A stretch of 64,000 bases of DNA. Source: the human T2T-CHM13v2.0 reference genome, Homo sapiens. A program made the position numbers and the translations under genes. Within the stretch, counting starts at the first letter, position 1, and every line of letters starts with the position of its first letter. Positions 16,511 through 31,035 of the stretch are shown piece by piece. The stretch is from NCBI RefSeq assembly GCF_009914755.1, contig NC_060936.1; one strand, given 5' to 3'. The notes under the pieces were generated by a model. That model was not told where the DNA came from and did no database searches. It saw only the letters and a program-made list of their open reading frames with translations.

Positions 16511-18095
16511 ATTTAATAGATTGCTGAAAAGGTATCATTACTTAAAAATGATCTTTTGCCTATGTCTAAGTTTAATTTTGACCTGAACTTCAGCAATTGA
16601 CTAGTGTCTGACCACCAGAAGCATTCCTGATCTCTGAGGAGCTGCAGTTCCAGCAACTCACTCTGTACCTAAGATTGGTGACAAAGAAAGCCCAGGCATC
16701 CAAACAAGTCAGCCCTTGAGGAAAAATAGGGCTGAAAGCACACAGGCTGCACCTTATATTCTGTGTTCAGGAGATTCCCCTAGAGACAGAGAAATAAGGT
16801 ACACCCTAATAGGTTGGTGGTGTGCCACCAAAGTCATTTTGCTTGAAAGCTGAAGCATGAAAGAAAAGAGGTGAAACAGTAACCTAAAACATGAAGATAC
16901 TGTGAGATACTGAAGTAGTATGGACACTTATCAGTAGAGACAAACAACAATGGACATGCAGAGGGAAAACTTTTTAAACTTTTGTATTTGAGAGAGAAGT
17001 GAATGGCTATCTTTTTATACCTCAACCGGCCAGGATGGTACTCTACCTGGGAAGTACTGTGTTTACTATAGAGATCGTGTATGAATGGAAGAATGAATAC
17101 CCTTAAGGCAGTGCTGTGCCATTTCAACCCAACATTAGCTTTAGAATAACTAAGTCACAGTGTGTTTGGGGAGGGAGTAAAGAGCCAACTCCAGGTAAAA
17201 AGTGATCAAATGCTTCTGGACTTTTTGATAAAAGGCAGCCAGAAACAGATGATCTGTCCTAGTCTTTGGAAATTCCAGAATTCCCTTAAAGAACTGGATT
17301 AGAATCTGCCATTAACAAAATTAATCTAACCTGTTGGCCAGCATAACATTTTTCCACCAAGTAAATTTATAATGCACTTGATCCACCATGCCAGAAATGT
17401 TCAAGGTTTTCAATCTCAATCTTATGTCTGTGCTTCTGTTAAAAGATCAACTAATAAGTACACATAATGGAGTATTTTGGTTTATTGTCAATGCAAGAAT
17501 CAGAATTGCATCCTATGTTGGACTTTTCCCACAATATCTTGGTAAATGATCATCTACTCTATATGCAAAAACATCAATTATTCTGGCAATGCTTCTTTAA
17601 TTTTTTAACTTAAAAATACCTACAGATGGATGGAGTGAAAAATTACTCATAAGAGTTTACCAAAACTCAGTCTTCTGAACTTGAAAAAATGTATTCGAAG
17701 GATCAATTATTTATAGTACCCTATGTGAATTTTTCATTTTATGACCAAATGTGTTTATTTTAGTCTAAAATTAATGTTTTAAATCATTGTCATTAAACTA
17801 ATTTTCAAGCAAGTTGAGCCACGCTAATTAGAAATATTCTTATACCACTGATCATATATTTTTTTTAACTCCAGGGTGTTCAGACCCCAGTTTCAGAAAC
17901 ACAGTCTTTATTATCAAACAGTTCTATGTTTAAATCAAGCCTTTACCTCACATTTGCTGCGTCATTCTGGAAAAGTAGCTTAACCTTAGCAAGATTTGTT
18001 TTTCACCAAGTTAAAAAGGAATGATACCTACTGCATTGAGTTTATGGCAAGCATTCCTTGAGGCAAGGTAATGTAAATTTCCTGGCATATAATAC

Positions 18096-18365
18096 TGTTT
18101 GGGGTGGAATTGTGCCTACCAAAAAAGATGTGTTGAAATTCTAACTCCATCACCACCTGTGAATGTGACCTTATTTGGAAATGGGTCTTTGCAGGTGTAT
18201 TTAAAGATCATACAGAATTAGAATGGACTATAATACAATGACTAGTGTCCTCATGAGAAGACAGAAGTTTAGACATACACACACAGAGAAAATGACATGT
18301 AACTATTGAGGCAGAGAATGAAGCCATGTGTCTACAGGCCAAGAAAGGCCTAATAATCTGACAAC
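18096..18365 (+). mobile_element. MaLR LTR fragment (MLT1B/C-type)
   Basis: GAATGTGACCTTATTTGGAAATGGGTCTTTGCAG. Confidence 0.8.
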
Positions 18366-18614
18366 AAAATATGGTATTCCTTTGAGTTGACTTGTTCCCA
18401 GTGAACAAGGTCTGGCTGCTAAAATTATCTTTTAATGTGAAAATGCTCACAGATGAATTACTCAGTAATTTATGCTAGAATATTTCCATAAATTAACATC
18501 AAGACAGTGATCTACATATACACATTTGTCCTAGTTTTAAAAATTGTAACAATCTCTACTTTTAAAACATACTATTATTACAGTAGTATTATTATCTTTG
18601 TAGTTTTGTGGGGG

Positions 18615-18921
<307 letters not shown>

Positions 18922-19435
18922 TGAGAAATAAGTAATATGTACATTTAAGTGTTTTCATAATTATTTTTATTGTCTTTTATCTTCAGTTATTTCAGTGACC
19001 CTTAATAATTTTCAGTTTATATTTGAGACGCAGTTTTGTTTGAGTAGCTTCCAAAGTCAACTTGTGACATGAAAAAAATGCATGGTGAAAAAATTCTTAA
19101 TGTAGCATACTTGGCCCCAAAACATGGTCTATATGGTTTTGTGTTACATATACGTGTACTTTTACTCCATATCTCATGTACACAGCAATTCTTTTGCTAA
19201 GAGGAAAGTCACTTAGCTAGACTAAAAGAAGGAATAATGCCTAGTACATGGTTAAATATTAGATAAATGTTAGCTATGATCATATAATACCTTTATTCTT
19301 ATTATGAATATATTAAACTTATAGTAGTTTATGAAAAAGAGTAAATGTTAGAACTGTTTAGAATTTCCTACTCCATAATCCAGTCATCATAGCTAACATT
19401 TATCTAATATTTAACCATAAACTAGGCGTTATTCT

Positions 19436-19515
19436 TTTCTTTATTTGACACAGTCTCACTCTGTCACCCAAGCTGGAGTGCAGTGGCGCAATCTCGATTC
19501 ACTGCAACCTCCCGT
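19436..19515 (-). mobile_element. Severely 5'-truncated Alu (about 80 bp) with TSD
   Basis: Only the Alu 3' end is present; flanks ACTAGGCGTTATTCT (19421-19435) and ACTAGGCATTACTCT (19516-19530). Confidence 0.88.
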
Positions 19516-21794
19516 ACTAGGCATTACTCTAAGAGTTGCATTACATACTATATTAACATAGTTTGATTTTTTAAATTCATTCAGGAAATTTTGACCTAGA
19601 GAAGTTATGGTTTCTTGGAAGATTGGACCCAAAATTCAGGGAGTGTGTGTGTGTGAATGATAAAAACTCTGCTATACTATCCTTGGTTGAGAGGCTGGAA
19701 GCAAAATAAGAGTTGAGTATTTTTACAGTCTCTCACTTAAGCTCTATCTTCACAATATAACTAATTAAAATGTTTACATAATTCTTAGCTTGTGCTAAGC
19801 TTCAGACAGAGAATTTAAAAGTATGTTTCCTTAATTATGTTTCCCTTCTTTCTGATGATTGTGCTTGATACTTTTTCAGTCTGATCTGGATTTAGAATTT
19901 GTCATGTAAGTTTTTAAAAGCGCTGTGATGAGTGTAAAATATAGTTTCATTGAATGTTGACTGTCCTTTTTTTTTCTTTATTCTTTGTGGATCTTAATCA
20001 TATCCACAGCAGAAGTTCCCCCTCACCTCTGAGCCATGAGATTTTAAGGAAGCCAAGTGGAGGTTTTATGAGATGCTCTGCTTTTAATTGAATGAAAATT
20101 TCAGCAGATGTTTAGCTGGTTAATGCTTCCCATAAATTTATGTTTTGTACCAGTGCCAATTTTTAAACTGCCTTAAGAGAGAATCATCTCACAATCTCTT
20201 TTGCAGACTAATACTATTGGTCTTACTGGCACTTAAAGTGGTCATGCCTTTGATTCACTGTCAAAGGCTTCATTCATTTATTCACACATCAGGCAGTCCA
20301 TCGGTCAATCATTTGAGAATGTGCAAGATGTTTTTTGGAGGTACCCAGATGATTTATACTGCTTGTGCTTCAGCTGTCCTCTGAGTTTAGTAGTTACTTT
20401 GATATCTTAGTGAGGGATGCTCTCTAGTGTTTTCCTACAGATGTTTCCATGTCATGAAATGGCAAGATAAATGATTTTGCTTTTATCTAAAAATCACATT
20501 TGAAGGGCAACATTTTGTTTTGGAGATTCCATTAAAATAAATTATGGTCAGAGGCATGGACTAAATTCCCTCAAAGGGTTTGCTAGTGCTCTTTGGGATA
20601 ACCTTTACTTCTTGCTTTTTCACCCCCTTTCATGATTATGGAGTGACAATACATGTAGTTTTGTCTAGTCTATTGGTTTTGTCTAGTCTATTGTGGAGTA
20701 AAGTTAATATTGAATAGCTTGTAAAAATCAATTTTCAGATTTCTGTTTTGATTCAGTAAACAGATATCTTAAGCTCAAAACAATAAACACAAACCTTTTA
20801 CCAGGTTAAGAAATGCAGAGATTCTTTGTCTTTTTTTTTTTTTTTAATTATCTGATGTTTTGAGCTTTATGCCTAATGCCTGTGTTTTGGTATGCATATT
20901 ATTTACAAAATCAGTTATTTAAATGGTTTTAAAAAATCCAAGCCAAATGCAGCTCCATTAATTTCTAAAGATCTTTTTGTTTAGTTACAAAATACATATT
21001 TAAGTGATATGTTGCATCTTTTGGATTCTAGTTGTCAGATCCTTGAAAACACGTTAACAAAATCTGAATGTCTTCCTTCATGCCTTAGGATCTTCTTCTC
21101 TTCCTTCTCTGCAAAAATTTCTCCACCCTGGATTTACTTCCTGACCAGCTGCACATTTTCTTTGGCTTTTGCCTCCTCCAAGATTCAAATGGCTTAATTT
21201 TAGTGTGTAATTAATGCTTATTTTTTAATACAATAGTGGACAAATCACAAATTTCACATCACATGCTATGCAAGAGAATGCATCAGTAGGCATTATGTGA
21301 ATGATTAAATTAAACCTAACATTTATATAATGGTAAAAATTCTTCCTGGCATTGCAAAGAGCTGTGGAGTTTGTTTAGGGTTTCTCTGAAATTTCTTCTT
21401 GTATAGCCCTCCAGAGATCTGTCAAATAAATAACAGATGTAGAGATTATCAATTATTGTTGAACGTTTGACAAAAACAGGCAAGCCAGGGATTTCCCACT
21501 GGATCTCTTCATGTTAAAAGAAAAAAAAAGATCTTCTAGCCAGAATCAAGTAATTAATCTAGATAGTATATTATTAGCATATTTTTAATGTAATTTTGCT
21601 ATGTTATACCTGCAAAATTTTGTCAGGATGAGGAGGGTACATTTTCTATATCCCTGAAGATAGTTATTTCATCTCTATGAAATAATTAAATTCACTGCAT
21701 TATTATGGTCTCTAGTAGAGCTGTAAAGACAAAAAAGTTGCAAAATTGGTAAGGTCTTTGATATGTGTATTTTGTGGCTTCCTGAATTCCCCAT

Positions 21795-22200
21795 TCATTC
21801 ATTTAGTCCCATCAATGTTTATTGATCATTTCCTGTGACCTAGACCCTGTCCCCACCACTGGCCATAGAGCAGTGAGCAAGACAGAGTGCTGAATGACAT
21901 GAAGCTTACCTTCCAATGAGATGAGTGAAAGTAATCAGGAGACAAAGTTATGGTGTTTTAGGTGATGATAAGCACTTGAAGAAAATAAAGCAATGTAATG
22001 GGTTAGACAGTGATGGAATTGCAATGGGAAGAGGCTGTTTTATCAAGAAATTTAAGACAGGCCACTCTGAGATGGTGATATTTGATCAGAGACATGACTT
22101 AAATGAGTAAGTAAGCTATTTGGATACTGGTGAAAGAGCATTATGAGTAAAGGGAACAGAGAAAGCAAAGCCCTGAAATTGGACTGGAGTTATTTAGGAT
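21795..22200 (-). mobile_element. L2 LINE 3' fragment
   Basis: CATTCATTCATTT tail complement followed by TTTATTGA... and GGCCACTCTGAGATGGTGATATTTGA. Confidence 0.7.
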
Positions 22201-23579
22201 TTAGATTGCACCATAATGTTTTAAATAACAAAACAAAAGGAACTATTTATTATTTGAAAGACATTGGAAAATATGGACAACTGCTCCAATATTTATTTCA
22301 GAGAGGAGGAAAGAATAAATCCAGGGACCGTTTTGAAAGGAAAGACTAAACATAAGTCTCTTTTTGGTTGTACTACATGTAGTCCATACCCTTCAACTAA
22401 AAGGAACAGAAACAAAGAGGAAGGAATGATTAATCCTATCAAGAGAAGAAAAGATGTGAAGAGACAGAGGAAAGGCTATTAGGCATGTGTTGACATGTGG
22501 GGAGGGGAGTGGCACGTTTTTCATTGATTTACTGTACATTTTCAACAAACTCTAAAGCACAAGATCTAACTAATGTCTTCTTTTTTTCCTGTAGTAAAAG
22601 GTATTTTAACCTATGAATGGAATTCTACATACAATACTCAAAGAAAAGGCATTTGCAAAGACACATTTGATTAAATGCACGTTTTTCGTCAGACTTTTGA
22701 GTTGACTCAGAAGAGGTGCTGATTTTCATTATGATCAGACAACAGAAATTACTGAAAATCAAAATACAATTGTTGATCTCATTTCAATGCTCAGGACACC
22801 ACTGTTTTATGATTACAATTAGTGTTAAAAAATATCTTTTCAGACTGATGAAGTTTTTAATGTGAAATATTAAAAAAATACCAAATACATAGAAGATAGA
22901 ATTCAATACCAGGAGACATAAAAAACAAAATTCAGTTTCTTCTCTGGCAATATCACATCAATAGGATATTTACTGTTAATTTAGTGTTAAATTAACTAGT
23001 CTTATAAACTAGTCTTATAAACATAGCATTATTATATAAAAATCATAATGAAAAAGAAAACTAGCAATGTAAAAATCTGACATATTATAAAGTTTATGTA
23101 ACTTGTATTTCAATACATAAAAGCTAATAATATAACTAAAATCTATTGTTGGTCTATTCCAAACCAGATGCTGTGGAAGAGGTTTGCCTGCATTAGTACT
23201 TTAACCTTCCTTATAACTAAATGGCACATATAGTATTATTATCTGTGACTTAATTATCAAATTTACCCAAGATTATAAAGGTATGAATTACCAGAACCAG
23301 GATTGCAGCCTAAGTAAGCTGTCTCCAGAGTCCCTTCTCTTCATTATTATTTTAAATATTAGTTTTAAACTACTATTGATAACCTTTTCAGAACTTTTAA
23401 AAAACACCATGTAAAAAAGCAAGAAATGGATGAAATACACATCTTTTATATCATCAGTTTTGTTCAATTATTTATGTATCGAGGGTTATTTCTCTGCTTA
23501 AGATTATATAGCAATATGTCTAATGTTTTGCATGTGTAACGGTCCTATTTTCTACTATTGTCTTACTTGAAGTGCCTGG

Positions 23580-23880
23580 GTATTGCCTGTTTGCCCTCCT
23601 TGCATTCACCGACCTTCTCTTGAAAGCTATATTTTAATTTGCCCATGTGTGGAGCTATGAATGGAACTAATGGAAGGTTAAAGGGCAGGAAGCAGAGAAA
23701 GGCCAGAGTGTTTCTTTTTCAGGTGATGGTGGCTTCTTATTCTTGCTGAAATCTGGATTATTTAAACATTAACTGTTTGTTTGAAGACAAACGTTTCAGC
23801 CCATAGCCCCAAATTAAATACTTTCTATTTAAAATACCTAGAAAGGTTTCTATATTCTTGACTAGACGCTGACTCATACA
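23580..23880 (+). mobile_element. ERVL LTR remnant (LTR33-like)
   Basis: 3' end TTTAAAATACCTAGAAAGGTTTCT...CTGACTCATACA. Confidence 0.5.
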
Positions 23881-24456
23881 GTGACTTTTTGCATTCAAAG
23901 GCAGTGACCAAAAGGATCCTTATAATTGATAACTTCTCTTCTTAAAGGTAGAAAAATGGAATGGCATTTTAAAAAACTTGAATTCACCTGCAGAGAGTCA
24001 GCAGCATTGTTTGCCAGCAGTAGTGTCAACAAATTTAAAAAAGTCCAAATTGAATTAATCAAAATAAATTGTTAAGACTTGAGTTTATACCTAAAGAACA
24101 ATATTTTGGCGTCTTTCCTTCCATATGGAATGGTTAACTGTGATATTACACTCTTCCCTCTGGACGCTGAGGATTCTTCTGGCTGTCATTACTAAAGCTC
24201 TTCCTAAATAAAATACATTTAACACTGTTTTGTGACCCTCCATTTGGACAAGTTTCCATGGTCAGGGCTATTTTGTTTTAGAAACTGTATTAACTTGCAT
24301 AATTGCAAATACATTCTGTTAGACCCATAAAGAAAAACCGCTTGGCTGAGTATCATTATAGCTAATATTAGAGGGACCTTTTTAGGTCAGGCAGTCTAGA
24401 ACTGTTAGCTACTGATTTTCTTAGCACACCCACACCTAGCATAGTTATTGGAAAAT

Positions 24457-24975
24457 GTATCAGGTAGCTTTTGCTAGAATACAAACCCAAAACTCCATGT
24501 CTTAAGACAAAAACCATTTATTCACAATTTTGTGGGTTATCTATTTGGGCTGAGTTCATCAGGGAAGTTCATTGCTGCTCTACGGGCTTACTCAAGTTTG
24601 TGGCCGCTGCCCATCAGCTAGGTGATAGTTTCTGGGGGGTGATATGGCTCTCAGCAAGCTGGTTTATGATAGTCTCATTTGGTACAGCTGGAATGACTGG
24701 AGCTTGCCTCCATATGGTCATCATCCAGTAGGATATCTCAGGTTTGTTCATATGTCAGCTCAGAGTTCCAAGAGCAGCAAATAAGCCAAAGCCATCGTAC
24801 AAGTGATTTTCCAGGGTCTGCTTGTATCATGTTTGCTAAGGTTACATTGGGCAAAGCCAGCCAAATGACCAACCCAAATTCAAGATTGGAGAAATAGACT
24901 CCATATCATATGGGAAGAAATAGTCTATATCATTATAGGAAGAGTAGACCTTGTGATGATTATTATAATCTGCAG
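24457..24975 (-). mobile_element. Old MaLR LTR (MLT1J/K-type)
   Basis: TGTATCAGGTAGC...CATTTATTCACAATTTTGTGGG...CATTGGGCAAAGC. Confidence 0.6.
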
Positions 24976-25618
24976 AGAATATAAACAATGGGCAAGGTAT
25001 TTCATTCAAACAAGGAAAAAGAATGAAGCAGAGAGCCGATTTGAAGGGACCATATGAGAAAAAATACTTTTAAAGAAAACAAGATAGAGGAAGAATTAGA
25101 AACTTTATCTTAGGATTGGAGTGGGTATGGATATCACAGAAAGTGAACAAACAACAAATATTTTATGTCTATGGCCAGAGAAATGGATGCTTTGAGAGCA
25201 GGCACTTAATCATGAATTAATCTAAAGTGAAGGTCAAAGTGTGGTCAAGTATTTCTTTGCTTTGTTAAATCTTGACATGGTATCCACATGAATTTCCACA
25301 TTAGTCCCACCAAATGAAGGAAACCTATGTGAATTGATATATTTAGAACTTCCTTACCAGAAAGCTCAATTGTATGTTACTACATTCTTACATTGGAATA
25401 TAAGAGTTGGGTATCCAGCTTAACTTCTGAAAATGCTCACACAGTAACAATTGCAACTCCGTATCTGTGGACATGGGGCTAGAAAGGAAGATACCATGTC
25501 ACATTAAGATATTTTCTTTGGTATTTATCTACTTCTTAATCCCCCATTTTACTAAAATACATAAGTAAGAAAAGTATTCCAAAGTCTGTAATTTAGCTTA
25601 TTTCTTAACCGCAAATAT

Positions 25619-25631
25619 GTTACCTAGCAAC
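25619..25631. promoter_or_regulatory. RFX X-box motif GTTACCTAGCAAC (motif only)
   Basis: Matches GTNRCC-N(0-3)-RGYAAC in apparently non-repetitive DNA. Confidence 0.4.
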
Positions 25632-26034
25632 CATTGAAGGACATCTTTATATCTTTAAGGCGAAGTACTTCATATTAATTTAGCAAACATCTGTTTCCTT
25701 ATGAGAATAGGCATGCTTTCATTGAGACAGTCTGCATGTACACTGCTCTCAATGGCAATTATACTCCCTTTGCTTAATAGTTGATCAGATTAACAGAATT
25801 CTAGCTCTTAAAGGGACACTATTTATTTGACCCTATTGAAAATTTAATCACGCTTGGATTGTTTGGTGACCTTTTGTCACTGTGGGAGCTCTGAGATTGG
25901 AATTTGAAGTGAACAGCCCATGATTTCTCCAGAAGACTGAATTATCACTTATATTTTAGTTTTGAAAATGATGCTGTAATTTGGCAGGTTTATAACTTAC
26001 CACTAATTGAAGCAATATTTATCAACTGCACGTG

Positions 26035-26210
26035 AAATATAGCATGGTGTTAAGAACTCTAGAGATTGTTAAGTTTGGTTAATAATCCGGGTTCTGGCAC
26101 TCTTTACTGTGTGACATTTAGCAAATTGCTTAGTATCTTTAAATAGTAGTTTCCTCATCTGTAAAATAAGAGTAACAATAAAACCTTCTTTAATGTGTTG
26201 TTTTAGGAGT
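26035..26210 (+). mobile_element. MIR SINE
   Basis: AGTTTCCTCATCTGTAAAATAAG core. Confidence 0.75.
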
Positions 26211-27824
26211 CACATTAGTGTGTTCTAAACCCCATAATTAAAATTAGTGCTCTAAATCCCATAATTAATATTTGAATAAAGAATACCATGCTATATATTG
26301 TACTTAATTTTCTCAGTTGCTTTATCAAAATTAACCAGTTTTATTTTGTTTGAAAAAATGGATTTTGTTTCAACAGTGGCTTAAAATTGGACATGAAGAA
26401 AATGGAAAAGTCAGATTTAAAAAACACACAACAAAAAGCCCCAAAACTGTAAGATGAATTAAGTCCTATCTGACCTTTTTACTTATAAATTTTATAGTAC
26501 CAAAAAAACCCTTCATGACAATTTTCTGGAAATACAATTAACTTGCTATTGTGAAAAATTAAAATGCATTTTTAGCTAAATATATATTTTGAAAATTAGA
26601 ATTATCAGAAAAACAGGTACAAGCCTTTGAATTTACTTTTAGGTACAATACTCAAACACCTTCTGGTTCATGTAGGCGAATATTTGTCATCTTTTTCCAC
26701 TTGATTCACATGTGTGAGTCCAAATGTTAACCAGCAATGTTTGTTACAAAAAAGGAAGTCATCCGAAAAAAAATTACTCTGCAGATGCCTCTTGTCTTGA
26801 GAAAGAAAATATTATCAGAAAATAATGTCAGATTGATGACTGATTCGTCCTGTGAATGTGGATAGTAGTAGACTTTCCAAGGTCACCATTTGGATTCATA
26901 TGAATTATTTGTTCATATCCTTGTCACAAAAGGGAATAGAGCGGCTGTGGGTACTTTCAATTAGAGAATTTTGAACCTGTGTTTGAAGATTTGGATTTCT
27001 AACAATCTCATCATAAGAAAACGAAAAGGATACCTATTCTTAAGGCTCATCTGCCAGTAGAGAAGCTGAAATTTAAGTCTAGTGGTATGTGAAATATTCA
27101 ACAGACTTTGTCAAAGGCTTAAATTTAAAGCTAGGGTAACTATTTTGAGGAAAAAATGAGAAACATCTTTTGGTCATCATAAATCTAGTGCCTGAGGATA
27201 TGCATATTCAAGATATGAAATTCTAAAAATGTTAATATTTACTCAAATTTTAACTTGGAATTTTTGAGACTAATAAATGTTCCTCAGTTAAGACAATACC
27301 GACTGTGAAATAGTTCATGAAGTCATAGAGATGCAGTTCAAAATTCTATTTTCATTATTCATAGAAATGTTCAAGAACAAGGATTAGCCAAGGTAGGAAC
27401 CATTCACTTAAAAATCCTGAAACCAAGAAGTAGCCATACTTACATAAACGTTGGCAGCCTGGAATAACCAACAAATTGTGACTATTATTAAATGAATATA
27501 TTAGAGCAGGAAAATCATGCCGTTGTTAAGAACTGCAGTTTGGAACTGACTTGGGAAAGATTGTCTTATGATAAGTTTTCTCATAGCTAAATTCCTTTTC
27601 CTTGGAGTTAAAATGAGAGTTACAATTTCTAACGTGAAAGATGAAAAATCTAGTGGAAATGATAGGGTTAAAATGATATATTTTTATGAGGATACAAGGC
27701 AGTACTTGGCCAAACACCTTGAAAAATTTTAGTGTTTCTCTTTTTATTTTTTATACCAACAAAGAAGGTAATATGGTGCCACTGAAAATGTATGGGTATT
27801 GTAGAGAGAGAAAAGCAATTTTAA

Positions 27825-27975
27825 ACTTAGCTCTGTGACTTGCTACTTAATGACTTGGGGCAAATTAGTCAATGAATCTGAGCTTCAATTGTTTCACGTG
27901 TAATATAACAATGCCCATATCATAAGGTCCTTTGGAGGATAAATGAAATAAGGTCTGTAAAGTGCCCAGCACATG
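27825..27975 (+). mobile_element. MIR SINE
   Basis: GACTTGGGGCAAAT...GAGGATAAATGAAATAA...AAAGTGCCCAGCAC. Confidence 0.65.
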
Positions 27976-30029
27976 GGCAGAGAATGCTGTATAGGGTAAC
28001 CTTTATGACTTAGTGGAAACAGTGGCAATTATATCAAAGTTCTATCTCTGAATCTTTGTGTCAATGAACTTGAAGTGCAAGACCTGGTCATATGCGTAGC
28101 AGAAGCTACCTCCTTGGTCAGCCCTGAAAACACTTCAATTTAGCCACCAGTTCCAATTAAAAATATTAGCCCAGAAGATGCCAAAATAGCTACCTTGGTA
28201 TGGTTCCCTGCCTCTGTGTTTTGAAATTTTTGAGCTGTGAACCAGAGAGGTTTTTTTGGGTTTTGTTTTGATTTGTTTGTCTGTTTGTTTGTTTAATTTT
28301 TGAACTTTTGGAGGGCCAGCGCTTCTTTTCCATCTCCTAACAGCTTTTCGGGTCATTCGGGCTCTTGTGAATGTTTTGGTTTTTGACTGATCCCTTTATT
28401 TTTTAGTTATTCTCTGACCTCCACTACTCTATTTTTGGGAAAATCCCTCGTGGGTGTTTATTAAGACTTTTGCAATTCCTGTGTGCCCTACTCCATTGTT
28501 ATCCTACAGAGGTGTTGCTCAGACATTCTGGACCTGAACAGGCCACTCCAAAGTGCCTTGCCCTTTCAGACCACTGTTCCAGCTTAGGATCCCACCTATG
28601 TCCAGCATTGACTTTACTCTTGTCCCCTCGGCCTGTGTTCCTCAACCAGAAACTTCTTGTTACTTGTGGTTCTCTCTTTGAGAATAATAATGAGTGTTTT
28701 TATTATTGACTTGAATCCTAAGACTCATTGTACCTTTGTTTTTCTAGAAGACCAAAAAATACTCTTAAACTGTTCTCATTAACTTCCTTAGAATACCAAT
28801 GAGGTAATGCTTTGAAATCAATTTTAATTTTATGAGTAATATATTAATCCAGAACATTTTTAATTATAAAGAACAATATCTGAAATCAGATCACCCTTAT
28901 TGTAAATACTATTACACCCTGAATTTGCTTCTAGTATTTTTATACGTACATCTTAAGATGGTTTTCTATTCTACTTTTTTTTGCATCATATTTTTCATTT
29001 TACTCTACAAGTATCACGATTTTTATTTTTGATGGCTACTTAACATTTTGAAGAGTGAATAAACCATAATTTGATAATAACAATTTCCCTATCATTAGGT
29101 GTTTTAGTTCCAATTTATAAATATTATAATTAATATAAACTACATTTTTGGAATATCAGTTCACATAAAAAGAGAATAAAGGAATGTCATAGTGGTATGT
29201 GGTAAGTCTAAAGTCAATTTAAGAAATAAAAAGCACATTTTCTATCGCTCCAGTATTCTACCAGCTTGATTATGATAGTGAAGAATTTTGAATTTAAAAG
29301 TCATTGCTTATGTTTTTAAATATATTTTAAGCTATCGAATTTAATTTCACACACACATATCAGAGCTAAAATAGGAGAGAGAGAGCTAGATTTAGAAAGT
29401 GATCATCTTCCAAATTTTTAAAAAAATCTATTTTACTGAAATTTGGAAACATCATTAATGTAGAAATAATGTCATAAATGATGGTTAGTTTTCTTGAACA
29501 GCCCACCTAAATCTGTATCATCTCTTCTGTAGATTTGTAAAGTAGGACTGTAACATCTACTGTATATACCTCAAATGAGTATAACAAACAAAATGACCTA
29601 TTTGTAAATTGTAAAGCAAAATTAGAATATTAGATACATTCAGTACCTAGTTCATTTTAATAATAAAAAAAAGGTTATATGAAGTTCCAAGGACCCCAGC
29701 AGTGGAAACTTGACCAACAAATGCTCACACTACCACCCCAGAATCAGCAGTAAAAAATGAATGGAACTGCTGGGAAATCAAGCTCAGAGCTTCAAAAGGA
29801 AGAGAGGAGTTACTAGTGATGAAGAGTCCACAATATATGCTCAGAAGATGCTATTAAATTAGTAAAAAGATAACCAGAAAACTGTAGGTACAACACAATG
29901 ATCTCTGCAAGGGAAATAGGGATTTGGGGAATGGATTTTTAGCTCTCTATAGGAGTTGTAATTGAATTCCTGTACATAAGGGAGTTGTTCTCCTAAGGGT
30001 CTGGCTGCAAGGAGAATCTCTGTAATTTA

Positions 30030-30460
30030 AATTAAAACCAGCTGCTCTAACAAACTCCTGAATTTCAATGGCTCTGTACACAGTAGACTTTCAGCAGTCC
30101 ACAGTGTTTCCTGGGGGTTGGGTATGGAGTTGAGATGCTTTGTTAGGTACAGTCACTCAAGAACTCAGACTAATGAAAACACACATTTTCATTATGTGGC
30201 CTCATTGTTTTACCTGGATATATCCCAGGTGGCCCATGGGCAAAACGAAGAATAGGTTAGAGTATATTTTTGTGGGCTAGAGTAGGAAGAGATGCATAAT
30301 ACTTTAGCTCTTATTACATTGGTGATATCTAGTCCATTTTTATCCACCTAAATGCAAGGAGAGGAGAGCTGGAAATGAAGTCCTTGGTGAGAAGCTGCTT
30401 TCTAGAGAATATTTTATGCTATGGAAGGTGGAGCACAAATTTTGGTGAACAGTGAAAATG
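30030..30460 (-). mobile_element. Old MaLR LTR remnant (MLT1-type)
   Basis: GCTGCTCTAACAAAC..AATTTCAATGGCT...ACATTGG..ATCTAGTC pattern. Confidence 0.45.
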
Positions 30461-30839
30461 TAATAGGTTCTCTCATGAGGGGTGGCAGTAGGGGGACTTC
30501 CAGGCATGAGGCAGCTGGAAGTGTATCCCCGCTTGGGTCAACTCTTCACAAAAAGTAGTTTTTGCACAGTCATTAATTTTCAACATAGATATCTAAAGTA
30601 TAATGTTCCTTGTAATATATCAGGTAATACATCAGATATGGACAAAGAAGAAATTCAAGATAAGGATATTCTATGAAAGTAAATTAGTTTCTGTGTCTCA
30701 ATGCAATTAAAAAGAAAGTAGTCGATCTAAATATTGACATGTGCAATGGTTATTTGAAATTACTACACATTTGTTTGGGGAGAATATGTTTTTAAATGTA
30801 AATCATGAGTAAGCATATTCCATTGATTATAATAATGAT

Positions 30840-31035
30840 GACTTATAGTGTATAGCTCATTTTACTTTTGCACATGTTTTCTATTACAGTTAATCCTCAC
30901 AATAATCCTACGAGATAGGCAGGGTAGATAAGGATATGATCCTAGCATGAAAGACAAGACTCAAGATCCAGTAGTTAGTGGTGGAACTTGGAAGAAAGCC
31001 CAGAATTTCTGACTCCAGGCTCCATACTTTCCACT
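30840..31035 (-). mobile_element. MIR SINE
   Basis: TTAATCCTCACAATAATCCTA...TTCTGACTCCAGG. Confidence 0.65.

Noticed and set aside
20658-20693. Short tandem duplications (18 bp here; 13 bp at 22994; about 28 bp at 26214; 14 bp at 35288; 12 bp at 38633)
   Set aside because: Two-copy slippage events with no spacer array; not CRISPR-like and expected in intronic DNA.
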